From the NCBI GenBank assembly GCA_030704615.1, contig JAKLZA010000177.1:1-27000 (forward strand): a stretch of 27,000 nucleotides of DNA, given 5' to 3'. Below the pieces are notes generated by a model. It did not search any database. It was not told where the DNA came from and worked only from the letters and a program-made list of their open reading frames with translations. The stretch's first letter is position 1. Each line of letters starts with the position of its first letter. This stretch comes from Takakia lepidozioides. Its lineage: Eukaryota > Plantae > Bryophyta. Shown here piece after piece: positions 1 through 11,928 of this stretch. The position numbers and the translations under genes were made by a program.

Positions 1-157
1 CATTCTTGCATCCTTCTGATGCATCGACCGCAGCCTTTGGGTTACTCCTAAACTTGTTGACCTCAATTTTTTTGTGGTGGATCCCCTTTCCAGAATTGCG
101 GGCTATCAAATCGGGGATTCCGTTGTGAATCGAAAGTTTTGGTCAGCGTAGGAAAAC

Positions 158-3100
158 ATGTCCAAGGACAGAGATAGACTAGCACGATTTCATTCCAATG
201 CAGGTAGTCTTCCAATGACTGCCACTGCAGACGACGATGGGTTTGCAGTTGTTCATGAGGTTGAGCTGGTTACAGTGTTCCCACTGGAATTGGGTTCTCT
301 GCTTGTTCAAAGGAGGTGTATGACGAGGATGGGAATTTGATTCTGGACATTTGGAGAAACCATTGGTTGGCGAGTGTGGAAGGAAGTGGAGAGTCCTTCC
401 AGGCACATACCGTGTCCTTGGAAAAGAGAGAAGACAATCAGCAGGATCACTCATTACCCCTGGAACTGCAGCATCGGTCGTGCAGCAGAAGGGCACAGTT
501 CATGTGAAAAAAGAGGTGAGCACATCCACTACATTCGTGACTCTTTCAGACTCGTCCTCGGAGGATGTTTCTGAGATTCCTCCGCCAGTGCAGACTCCAT
601 TCTTGGATGAATCCAATTGCAAGAGATAACGAGTGTCATTCCAAAATTGAAAGCCCTCGCAGGGGTGCCTGGGTGCAAGAGCGAGTTGCGTTTTGTTGAT
701 TGGGAGTCCCTTCGTGTGCATCGGGTTCAATACGTGCCAGCAGAGTTTGATGGGGACATCTTGTTTGAGCTCAACCCTCCCACGTCTTCCAATGGACTGG
801 CTGGGCTTCTGCAGGGCATGGACAAGAAACATGACGGACACCCTTGGTGCAAGACAAAAACGTCGAACATCCACAACGACATTGGATTGAAATCGGTTTG
901 CGTTGGGCATTGCAAGTGCCTGAATATAACTTGCCCTCGCCTGAGAACAACGCTCAACCAACGAGAGTGAGTGGGAAGGTGTGCCATTGAATCCTTTCAC
1001 CCCAGGACTTGCCCCTCCCAAGACCAATACTTTTGTGTGCAGGTTCTGCAAACTTTCCCCGTCCTGTGTTCCTATGTGCCACGCTCGTATGTACCAGGTG
1101 GCACACCGGTGCAAAACAATGACTCGTGCCTGCATTCATATGGGTGCACACGAGCATCCTGTGTCCAAAGGAAGTTGCAGGGATAGCGTGGACATCGCTA
1201 GAAATATGCTGAAGCAGGAGTTCCACAATGCCCCTTCTGCAACACCTTCTGCTATAGCGCTTGCAGCTAGCAAGGCTTTCCTGAAAAAACACATATTGGG
1301 TGAAGGGGATTCGACACAGCCAATGCTGGATGCAGATTCGCTTGATGCAGTGATGGACCATTTCTCCGTGTTGAGCTCTCCCAATATTCGGAACCAGGTG
1401 AATGCACTCAGAGTCGGCACAGGCAATGCTGGATTCATGGACAACATTATGGACCTCAAACGGAGAAGTCGCTATGAATTCATTCAAAACAGTATCTTCC
1501 CTGGCCAGGGCTCATCCAAGGTTTATTTGTTCAAGATGTCCGCAGTGGGCGAAGGCAGTGGTGTTAGCATTGTCCGCCGAATGCAACCTGGAGGAGATTT
1601 GGCTAAATGTTGGTTGATGTTTGATCACTGCAAACGGTGAAGGGTTGGACAACCATGGCGTGTCATGTGTATGATCCAGCGTACCAACGTGTGCTCTCAA
1701 TAGCAATTTGTGATATGCAGTCGGAGGACACTGAATCCAGATGCTCATGTGGAATTCGCTCCTGGCCGTCATGCAGCGCAAAGAATACAGAAGACAAATT
1801 TTGCGGGCTTCATGGCTGATAGTGCACAGGCAAATTTCAATGCAGTGTGCGCGTGTTTGGTTCGGGGGATCCTAAGGTCCCAATGGAAAATAGGGAGCGC
1901 ACATGCCTCTTCCATTGGAGTCAATCTCTGGCACGTCATACAAAGCGCTGCATTCGCCCTGACCTTCAGTTGGAGCACAGAAGGCTCTGTCTCAAGTACA
2001 AAAATGCCAAATCAATGGGAGAAGCTGAGAGCACTTACCAAGCAATCGGGCTTGGTGGTTCTCCTCTGGTGCTCCTACTGGTATCCACCTGAAGGAGTTG
2101 GAGGACTGGTTGGTTTTCTGGCACTTCAGATACAGACAGTGGGGAGCTTTCATGACGACGGTAAGCCTCTCGAATCCCAAAATCAGAAATTTTGCAACAT
2201 GCCTCTTCATTTGGGGTTCTTGGATTGTCGCTTGAAGAACCTCTTCCATTTCCTTTCCTTCCTCACATTTCCATGCAATGCCTCGTGCAGGAAATGTCCT
2301 TGGAGGACTTGGCCGACATGCCATCCTGTAATTTGGCGGAGACTGTTCATAACGCCTGGATGCAGCAATCTACCAAAGCAGGTCGTGACTTGTATGTGGC
2401 CACTGCTGATGACATGGTGCGGGCACTCACACAACAAACCAGGTACCGCAATTTTCTGATGGGACGGGGTGGAGGCAAGGGCCCCGGTTCGACTTTGTTG
2501 ATGCTAAGGGCTGCGAGTAGGTCTGGAGACCCATCCAAGATGGCCAAAGCTCTGAACAGGTGCACTGAAGGCTCCCCATTGCAATCCAGGCTCCCTCATT
2601 TGGAAGGCGAGGAAAGATTTGGATCATGCAAAAGGAAATTGAACACTCTTCCAGGTTCAGATGGAGATTCCATCGCCCAGACAGGGTCAACTTCTCTGTG
2701 CCAAAGGTGTCTCCAGTGCAGACTAAGTCCTGTGCCGGCCCCTTCCCAGGTGGGTCTCCTCCTGTGGAGCGGTGCAGAACATGCAAGCACAGCAGCAAGA
2801 ATCCCATTGGAGGAGGTGGTGGCCATGGTGCAGGAATCTGATTGCATTGATAGTGAGTGGCATATAGAACGCACCCACCAGGATCTAGAGTTGCTTGCAT
2901 GGCAATTCGGACCCCCTCTTTCAAGAAATGCAAATCAAAAATATGCAAAGGCTCCAGGGGGACTCCAGCTCCAACATTCACAGGGTTGTTCCGACCTTAT
3001 CATAGTGGGAGTCAAAGGACCACAAGTTCTGGTTCTGCCCAGACGATATGGCACGATGCGTCAAGGGAACAGTTCGTCCTTCGGTGATAATGAAACCCCC

Positions 3101-3570
3101 TCCCCCGCGCAATTTGGCCTGTGAAACTTGGGACGTCGCTGTCAACAACCGAATAAGCATGCTGGAGGAGGAGGGTTTTGCACGATCCCGAGTGGTGCCC
3201 TTGTGCACTGTCGGCACAGATGTGCCACAAGCTCCGGCAATGCCTCCACCCGGTGCGACTCCCTCCCAACAAAAGAGATGGAAAAACAGTGCGCCGTGTC
3301 GCTTCGGGTGCAGATCACGAATGCAAGATGGAATCGGCTAGAATTTTGCAGGCTCGGGTGGCTCGTATCACCGAAGTCCCTGCCCTGGGGTATGGACGTT
3401 ATTACACAGTGTTGTCTATTGGCTCAGTTCTTCATGGCAAAGAATATCAGGTTACCGTGGGAATTTCCCTACTTGCACTTGTCCGGATTTTGTAACGGAT
3501 GCGTGAGGGCGCTCTCGGCATGAGAGGGAAGTGGGTCCCCTGCAAGCATCAATATTACATATACCTTGTA
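158..3570 (+). pseudogene. Mutator-like (MULE) DDE transposase with N-terminal Cys/His-rich DNA-binding region and C-terminal SWIM zinc finger, broken by several frameshifts
   Basis: Stitched frames give HDGHPWCKTKTSN..CVGHCKCLNITC..CRFC..C..HMGAHEHP (WRKY/GCM1-like). Catalytic-region motifs: WLMFDHCKRVKGWTT, FMADSAQANFNA, CLFHW (MULE CxxH) and CNLAETVHNAW (third acidic residue). SWIM-like YQVTVG..CTCPDF..VPCKHQYY at ~3445-3560. GT-AG intron at 2161-2290. The 5' start is uncertain. Confidence 0.8.
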
Positions 3571-4004
3571 ATTATTGTTGGACGGTAAGAGGTAAGAGAG
3601 ACCAATTCATTCACAAGCCACACTAGGCTACGAGAAGTCATCACCCTTCGGCAGCGAGACACCTCACGTAGGGCTCAGCCAAATTCTCTTTGAACACATA
3701 CGAGCCATGCCCACTTCCCATACTGGTTTCAAGGTTACCGTGTGAAGACTTTGCATTTAGGACAAACACATACATTTCGTTCACGGAACCAGGGAAATGC
3801 ACATGCCATTCATTGTAAGCGTCTATATGTGAATGAAATAGAGTGTGTCAATCATTCTGAGCTCTATTCTGCCATATTTTCATATTACTCTTTTTGGCAG
3901 GCATTGTAGACATGGTGCATGGTGCCCCCCTTGTTTGTCCACGGTAATAGGCCCTCTTCTTGAAATCCTCGCCTATAGGACCTGCTCTCCAGCAAATTTG
4001 TGCT

Positions 4005-4141
4005 GCTCACGCTTAAGAAGCGTGAGCTCAGCTCACGCTTTGCAGCTACAACGTGAGCTCAGCTCCCAGGCTCAAGGGGCTGGGCTCACGCCGTAGCTAC
4101 GTTGTACAGTAAGAAAGCACTACAAATGAGCACTTGTAGTG
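4005..4141. repeat. Cluster of short inverted repeats (GCTCACG/CGTGAGC motif; CACTACAA..TTGTAGTG hairpin)
   Basis: Perfect 10-bp stem GCTCACGCTT(4005-4014)/AAGCGTGAGC(4018-4027). The motif recurs at 4031, 4052 and 4084. CACTACAA at 4118-4125 pairs with TTGTAGTG at 4134-4141. Confidence 0.75.
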
Positions 4142-4581
4142 GTTTGTGTGAGTTTCCAACTGACCTGCATTCTAAGCTGAAAATATGGTTCTGATGCATT
4201 CTACTGGTTTTAGTGGTTCACCCATATGCAGGGGGAATTGAGAAGCAATGATACTGGGCGAGACTCAGAACACAGACCACGATGCATGCACAACATCACG
4301 CTAATGAACCAAATAGACGAGGCAACAGGGAGACAAAGACCATCACACATACACATAGAAGGTGGACGGACACGACGACAAGTCAGGAAATGTGATATTA
4401 CATTCAAATTAGAGACCGTCACGGCACACCTGCATATGAGCAAGACTAAATGCCAACATACATGGTTGCCGGACATCACTTAAACTGTCATGGCCCAAAT
4501 GTTCAAAACTGGTAACGTGAGTATCATACACACTTCTATGAGTATCATTACACACCCAACAGGGACTACAAACATGAAATG

Positions 4582-7500
4582 TCACTTGATACTTTCACCT
4601 TTCCTCATACTCTTCTCTGGCCACAGAGTCACCGTGCCTTTCACGTGCGCTAGTGTGGTCTGGGGGGGGGCATCGTCCACATTTGGGCAAGGCAATGTAA
4701 CACTTGGAAGCATGATCTCGTGGACTTTCACCTTGTACCACCCGGATCGAATGTCCTTGCAGTGGAACTTGTCAACCCCGGCTATTCCCACCACTTCCGC
4801 CTTGGCGGACCGCTTGTCATGGGGGTTCAGGAGAAACACAGGATCTGATATCTGCAGACACCAACATCAGGGTCCACTCAGCAACAAACATAGCAATGAC
4901 AGGGTGAAAGTCAAGCGCAGCTGGGCATGGAAACGATCTTGGTTGCCACAATACTGAATCAGCAGCCAAATTCACGGTGTACCAACGTACCTTGAAGCGA
5001 AGCTCGTCGCTGAGGGTGGCAACTGAGGAAAGCTGCCCACGTGTCTTCAACTGCAGCAGCAAAAAGAGGTTTAGTCAGACGGATAAGAATAACATGAACT
5101 CTGGTGGTTGCAATGGTATAAACACACCTCCACGGAGCAAGCTAACAAACACCCTGCTCAGACCCTAGCACTACAACTTCCTGGCAAAAATAACCCTACT
5201 AAAAACCAGCCAGGCAAAGCAAGGAGCCATGAATGCATGCCTGGGGAACCACGTCCTGCTGCGATGATGGTGCCGGGGACAGCCCACTCCTCTTGCTCAC
5301 CTGCAATGAATACACATTGCAACGCTTCAGGAAGTGTATCCATAAAGGAAACCAACCAAGTAAGTTTGCGGAGAGGGGCTGGGAACAACCATACCTTGGG
5401 CGCTGCCTCCTCATGCCGGGGGGGGAATCCGGAATGCTGCCGCCGTAGCACTATGGTCGTAGGCGCAGGACCCACCTTCTTCACATTCGACCCCACTGCC
5501 ACTCCCTGTACATGTGGTCCCTGCAAAACATATAGTGCCAGCCTTGCGTGAGAGGGCATCCGGGGGGAACAAAACAAACATGGACTTTGGCTTCGATGTC
5601 ATGTTGCAAACAGTAAGGTTAGTTTCACCTGCATGGGCGCAGAAGTACTTCCCCCAACGACCCCATCCTCTCCCACATTCAAGCTGCCAGTCGGGGTCAG
5701 CTTCCGCGTGCTTGTGAAGACACGCACATCCTTGGAGCAAAACAAATCTTGGCAGTAGGGCCAGACTGTTTCTAAAAGGTAGTCTGAATCGGGCCCCTCA
5801 CTGACATTGCCAGTGACATCAAACGACAATGGATGGACCATGTTCAAAGGGGAGTTCCCCCTCCCCTTGTGTGGTGAATCATCCACTAGGAGGGTGTTGG
5901 ATTCGTTAAATCCAGAAAATTCCGACCACACCCTCGACAGTCTCTTCTGTAAGTTCTGTACGGCAGGCCCTTTTGTGGGGTGTGGCTCTGTCAAGGGGTC
6001 ACACTCCTCTTGTGACCACACAAAGAGGGGAGAACCCTTGACCCCCTGCATGACCACTTTGAAGATGTCTGCAACATTCCCCTTGGAAGCACAGGACCAT
6101 ATCCCAACGTAGAAATACCGGAAGAGAAGGTTTAAAAACTCGCAGACCTGGGGCCTTGGGAAAACATACTTGTTGGTGGTCAACACCCATGGCCAATGAC
6201 GCCTCGGGTTGGGCTGAAAGTTAGGAATAGAGTGGCACAGGATCCCGTTCAGGTCTAGAACAATTAGTTTCGACTTTTCTATGAAAGGAGCTTTTGAAGG
6301 GGTGTCACGGGGTCTCACCTCAGTGGGTTGGGAGACAACAGTCACCCCGGAGGGCAAAGTTTCGGTCCCCCTGCAGCCTGGACCAGGCAAACTACCACCC
6401 TCTCCCCCTACAGCTTCCCCTTTTCCCCCATCATGAGCAATGACCCCCCCATCGTCCATGTCATCCCCACCAACTTGCTGGACCTCTCCCTCTTCAACGA
6501 GTGGACCCTGCCCCCCACTGTGAATATCATCAACAACAGCCCGGACCTCTGTCACATCCCTACCCACTACAATTACTTCCTCCTTGTCAGGTACAATGGT
6601 CGCAGCAGGGGGGTCTTCCATAATGCCACCCGTCACACCCCCTTTTTGCCCCATCATGAGTTCCACTATCTTCTTCAGTTGTGCTTCCATTCCCCTCTCC
6701 CGCTCCGCAGAGAGAGCCGCAAGCCTCTCCAGGGCCCCGATGCGGGCTGCCATTGAGTTCCCCGCTCCCTACGCATACAAACACCCACCCGTACTGTTAA
6801 AAACCAGAAGAAGAGGCCGAATGTGCAGGATTTCAGGCATTCGGAGATGGCTAGGTTTGGCATAACACCCCTCGTGTACCATGCGTGGGGGCCCCACATA
6901 CCCACCAAATCTTAGTACAACAACAGATTCATGAATGGAAACCGGACTTCAAAACATACCTGGCTCAAAACAGACTCTGATGGGGTGCCAGTCGCAGCGT
7001 TCTTGCACTCCGCCCCGAGCTCGGACAGTGACGGGCTCCGCGCTTTGCGTCTTTTCTGTATTTGCCCATCCACACACTGTCAGTACAAAATGCCAGGAGC
7101 ATATGGACAAAGCACTGCCCTGCATATCACATAACAACTAATTCTGCACAAGCAATAAAACCCACTCGTGGGTGTCTCTTCCATCAGAACATGCCACAAC
7201 GTAAGAGCAATGAGAAGGGGGTGAGGGAGATTACCAAACGGGCTGCTTGGCCTGCAACTCCTGCCCGGCCCCAACGCGAGGGGTTCGTGACACAAGCACG
7301 CGCTTGCTTCATCCCTTCAGCCTTTGCAAGTCCACGAGGGGACTCCCAGTAGGCAACAAGCTTATCCCAATAGGCGGGTTCAGTGTTCATTGGCCTCACA
7401 CCAGTCTTCGCCCATTTATCTTTCAGTTTTGCTCTTTCTCCTTTCATTATCTTCCCACATTGCTTCACTATAAAATCACGATTGGCAGGGATAGGTGTGT

Positions 7501-10167
7501 ACTCGTACATTCCATTTATGCCCTCTATTACTGTTGACATGGCACTCTGGGACTGCTGGTCAATGTCTTGTACGCTTGAGTCAAGGTAACGCAATGCCAG
7601 GCCACGCAAATCACGCTGCCAGTGTTCCTTACCTTCGCAGCCAGCATTGATGACTCCATTTCCATGCACCTCCACCTTGTGGCGCTTTAGCCCTGCAGCC
7701 ACCCTTCCCTCTCCATCTCCTTCCCATTGTTTCATGGCATGACGTCGTTCCTTCCTCAGCTCTGATGTCCGTTTCCTGCCCCCATGCTCTGGAGCAGCGC
7801 CGTCATACGTTGTGGGGGGTGACTGATGTGTGCCGGAGGGGGGAGGGCCGTATGGAGATGTGGGAGGCCCCCATTGTGACGTGGCAACATCAGGAAGCCA
7901 GCGCCACGACCCCGAAGCAGGGGGGGCTCCCCATGGTGCACTCTGTTGTGGAGACCATCCGGCAGGGGGTGGGTGCCAAGGTTGGTGTTGGTTGGCATTG
8001 TGTGGTGGCTGTGAGTGCTTTGCTGCAGCTTCACTCCCCTTCCGCTGCCAAAAACATCCCACACACAAGGTGCATCAGCTGTAGTCCTACTGAACACAAC
8101 GTCACCAGAGCACAAACCATCCCACAACCACAACTATGGATTGGCTGACCTCAAACCCACTCCCCTGCAGCGCAAGTGCCAAAAACTGAAAAGGAGAGGG
8201 ACAGAATGTCCTCATAACATGTAAGCCCATTCATTGGTGAAGAAACAGAATGTGGGCGGGTTCACATCAGTACCACATGAAACTTACCAGGAAACAGAAC
8301 ATCCATCCGGGTTTTGCACATATCCAGTGGACATCTATTCACACAATCAGCAAATGGCTGTATGGCGGAGCCCAGCAACGGAGCCCCAAAAGGCCTAAAG
8401 ACTCTCAATGTTGGTAAACACAGGTGCAGACACAATTCAATTGAAAGGATATTGCAGACCTAGCCTCGTTGGAGTTATCAACGCATATAGCAAATGCGTA
8501 CTCCAACGCAGGTGCAATGACGTGACAAAGCAACATTTCCTTGACCTAAAAACTAGTCCCTCTGCACACAGTGGTAGACCTGAAGGTTTTTCCACGATGT
8601 CCTCCCCCATGACACAAATTGAAAACATGTTCAGGGATGTTTTCTGCCTAACTTCATTTTCTGCCCAATCAGATCTCCTCTACGCTGATGATGTTGCCCT
8701 TTTGGCACAATCCCCGGTCTTTCTGCAACGCCATATCAAAATTTTGGAACAGTTCTGCAAAGACTATGGGATGCAAGTCAATCTTAGCAAGACCAAGATC
8801 ATGGTCTTCAATGGCCAGGCTGATCGTAGATTCATCTTCAACCAGCAGGAAATTGAGATTGTCAAATCATACCGGTACCTAGGTCTGGTTATCCACTCCC
8901 CCAAGTTTCACTTTGCAGCCACTGCCTTGGACAGATTGACTAAAGGTAAGGCGGCCTCCGTCCGCCTTCACGCCAAATGCAAGCAAATACATCTGCGGCA
9001 TCCCCCGACCAAAAAGTGGTTGTTTGACACCGTCGTCAGCCCTGCTACCATCAATGGTTGTGAGTTCTGGGCACCTGGTGTCCCTGTCTCCTGGTGGGAA
9101 AAGAATTTGGAACCATTACAGTCATCTTTTCTCCAAGCAATGCTTGGCGCCAGGAGCACAACTCCATCTCAGATCCTAGGTGCAGAGTTCGCATGTGTAC
9201 CATTGCAATCCGAGGCACAGTTCAGGCTTACAATCTTTCTCCATAGATTGCAGGCCCTTCCACCCAAAGGGCTAGTGGCAAGGGCCCTCACAACATCTAT
9301 GAGGCTCAAAGCTGCAGGTTTCGGGAACTCCTGGTATGCTCGAGTGGACAGTTTATTGAAACGTAACGGACTTTCTACTGCTTTCCTATTACCAATGAAC
9401 CCACATGAGGTGGACATCACATCCAGACATGACCGCAACAGACTCATTCGGAGAGAGCTTATGGAATTACATGTCAAGAGAACTTGGATGCTACCCAATC
9501 TCACAACAAAGCTCCACTTCTATCGAGAGACATTCTTGGTGCTCCGCGATGATAGAATCTTCAGACCAAATTACCTTTCAGCACCCTTACCTCCTTCCCT
9601 CTTGAGGGCATTGGGGCGGTTCAGGGTGGGTTCCCACAACCTACGGATAGAGACTGGCAGATGGGAAAACCTGCAACGGGAGGACCGCCTATGTCCAGCT
9701 TGCATAGGGCGCAGCAAGGAAATTGAAACTGAAGAACACTTCTTCTTCTACTGCCCTGTATACTACGACATCCGTTTGAACAACTTTGTGGATATGTGCA
9801 TCCCAGTTTCAGTTTCAGGAGAACTCAACGCCCAGAAAACAAGAACACAAGTAGGGGTAGAACTCACCTCATGCGCAGCGGTTTTGTGCCGTTTGCGCAC
9901 CTTTTGGAGAGACTCTGCAGATGGAGGTGCAATTTCCTCCGAACTGTCCTCCACCTCATCGTCGTCGCCCATGCTATACTCGCTTGTGTCAAAATCCGAA
10001 CTCGAAGACCGCCCACCGCTCTGCCTTCCCTCTCGCACCGACGCCATCTGTACCGGATTCAGTCGAGCCAGGCGGGGGCTCCTTCGCACCGCGGGGCTGG
10101 AATGTGCAGAAGTGGGAGGAGGTGATGCTGCCTCGGCGGTCGAGCGCTTCTTACTAGGCGTGGACAT
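4582..10167 (-). CDS. Spliced CACTA/EnSpm TnpA/ORF2-like gene: Ptta/Transposase_24-like domain + FCP1/NIF HAD phosphatase-like domain + C-terminal Tnp1/En/Spm-like (Transposase_23/DUF8039-like) domain
   Basis: Predicted exons 10167-9868, 8044-7235, 7055-6960, 6768-5629, 5520-5395, 5300-5241 (GC donor, least certain), 5050-4991 and 4851-4582. All join in phase 0 at canonical acceptors, giving ~950 aa; small extra exons near 8150-8334 are possible. Motifs: YWDKLVAYWESPRGLAKAEGMKQAR..SRWGRAG (Ptta-like), LIVLDLNGIL..FPRPQV..IWSCAS..TLLVDDSP (FCP1-like), FHCKDIRSGWYKVKVHEI..LPCP..TLAHVKGTVTLWP. Confidence 0.75.
5740..6270 (-). other. FCP1/NIF (CTD small phosphatase-like, HAD superfamily) domain within the TnpA-like exon
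   Basis: HAD motif I as DLNGIL (DLNG codons at 6244-6255), RP motif, WS motif II, LFVWSQEEC, K-L..VW, and motif IV LLVDDSP. Confidence 0.85.
8672..9775 (+). mobile_element. Non-LTR retrotransposon (LINE) ORF2 fragment: C-terminal RT, thumb and CCHC zinc finger, inside an intron of the TnpA-like gene
   Basis: LLYADDVALLA, GMQVNLSKTKIMVF, YRYLG, NGCEFW, RFRVGSHNLRIETGRW..RLCPAC..ETEEHFFFYCPVYYDIR. No poly(A) tail or TSD seen. Confidence 0.9.
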
Positions 10168-10232
10168 AGACCATGACAAAGATGAAGACGAGCGAGGACA
10201 TAGACCATGACCAAGACAAAGACGAGCGAGGA
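10162..10232. repeat. 34-bp tandem duplication spanning the predicted TnpA-like start codon
   Basis: GGACATAGACCATGAC..AAGACGAGCGA at 10162 and again at 10196. Confidence 0.8.
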
Positions 10233-10384
10233 AGACCAAGACATGCAAAGGAGGAAAGAAGGACAAGGAGGGGAGTGTGATCACACACCCCCCCGATCTG
10301 TAGTGAAGATCCGGCCGTTGTTGATTTCAAATATGAACACGTGTCGTGCATCCGACACTATGGCCTTTTCGACTTTGAGACGTT

Positions 10385-10393
10385 AAACCCTAA
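10385..10393 (+). promoter_or_regulatory. Telo-box (AAACCCTAA) in the region between the divergent genes
   Basis: Exact motif ~220 bp upstream of the predicted TnpA-like ATG; short, so it could be chance. Confidence 0.3.
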
Positions 10394-11928
10394 ACCACTT
10401 ACAATCCTCCAGACAACTAGATGTAGTGATTCACACAACTGACATGGATCCGTTAACTTTTTTTCGTTCAAAATTAGGCGAAGGAAACACACTGCAATGA
10501 TGCCGTGTATGGCTCCGCTTTACATGCATTCTTGGAGAAAATGCGCATGATGTGTGAGAAGTGAACACAGTGCTCTGCCAAATGATTCAGCAAAAACAAA
10601 CTCAACTGTAGTGGTTCTCCCATCGCAGAGAAGGGTCCATTCGACACCCATCGCACCATGCCAGGTTGAGGTCCTCACACACACACCTACACACCGAGAA
10701 TTTGCGAACCCACATCAGCTGGGAGAACATGGAAATTACCCCGTGGATCACATGCAAGCATGAATGAGAAATGGGTTTATGTTACATGGGAGATTTTGGT
10801 GTACCTGCGCGACATGCAACTCTGTCTACATACTCCATAAGTCGCTGTCCCAAGACCCAAGTGGACAGGGGAGGCCGGTGAGTCTGTACCACAAATGGTA
10901 ATCATACAGCAGAGGGTACTGCTGCCCAACGTGCAAAAGCCGCCGGCTGCAGGATGCTAGGCATGCGAACTCGGGCACAACACGCCTCCTCTGCACCCCA
11001 CTCCGTCCCAACCAGTGCAAAACAACCGTGCATGCATTGACTGCCCTCTGGCTTTCTCTCCAGGCATTTGGGGGTCTGCGATCTGCTACACGTAAGTGTC
11101 TTTGAATGCGACGATCAAAGGATCCGGTCACTTGCAGTTGCCGTCTCAAGGGCAGCATTGCAAGAATCAGAATTAAGTAAGAAAGATGGTGGAAGAAGCT
11201 GCAAACAGCAAATGAGTGAAGTGGCAGGGCGATGCTCCATTTTTAACATGCTCCCCTTCCCGCCATGGTGATAGAGCCACACAAATGGACTCCCTTCCCG
11301 CCACGGTGCAATTTCACGGCAACGGAACGGGATTGTCCGCCGAAACGTGATTTGGAGATGGCCTAAGACAAGTGGCGCAGGTTCTGGCCTTGTAGTCAGG
11401 TTGTTCACACTTCAATGCACACATTTCATACACATTCAACCATATGCCCAAGATCACAACGTCGTCAATCGTGAAAATTGAAATTCCACGTACGTCCTCC
11501 GATTCCTCACACACACACGAACTGTAGAGACAGGTCGTTTTCCAGGATGTCGTTGTTTGAGTCGATTTTGGTCATTTCTCTCAGTGTCTTGTTGAAAAGA
11601 TTCTAGTTATGATGGGAAGCATCGTGATGGCTTTTAAATGGTTTGCTGTTGAGTGTAACTTTTCATCATGTTGTGGAATCTACCGGTTGGTATAAAATGT
11701 CAACTGTCTTCTCTGCCAAAGGATGTGCGGCTGAACCTTTCAAATTGAGATTGCAGGAGGAGGGAATTGACGGTAGTGAAATGGGAGTGGCAGAGCCAAA
11801 TTGAGGAATCTCTGCAAAGGAGAATCCGGCCCCCTGCAACGGCGTGCACAAACAGCATTGAAGAGGCTCCCCAACAAAAATGAGTTCCCCTCGCCCATGC
11901 GGAGGACTTCCAATTAATCACCCCTGTA

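Noticed and set aside
8408-10210. 600-aa ORF as a real gene
   Set aside because: It is a chance fusion of intron sequence, the LINE fragment and the antisense of the predicted TnpA-like first exon.
10826-11408. Small minus-strand ORFs in the intergenic region
   Set aside because: No recognisable motifs; cannot be supported without a search.
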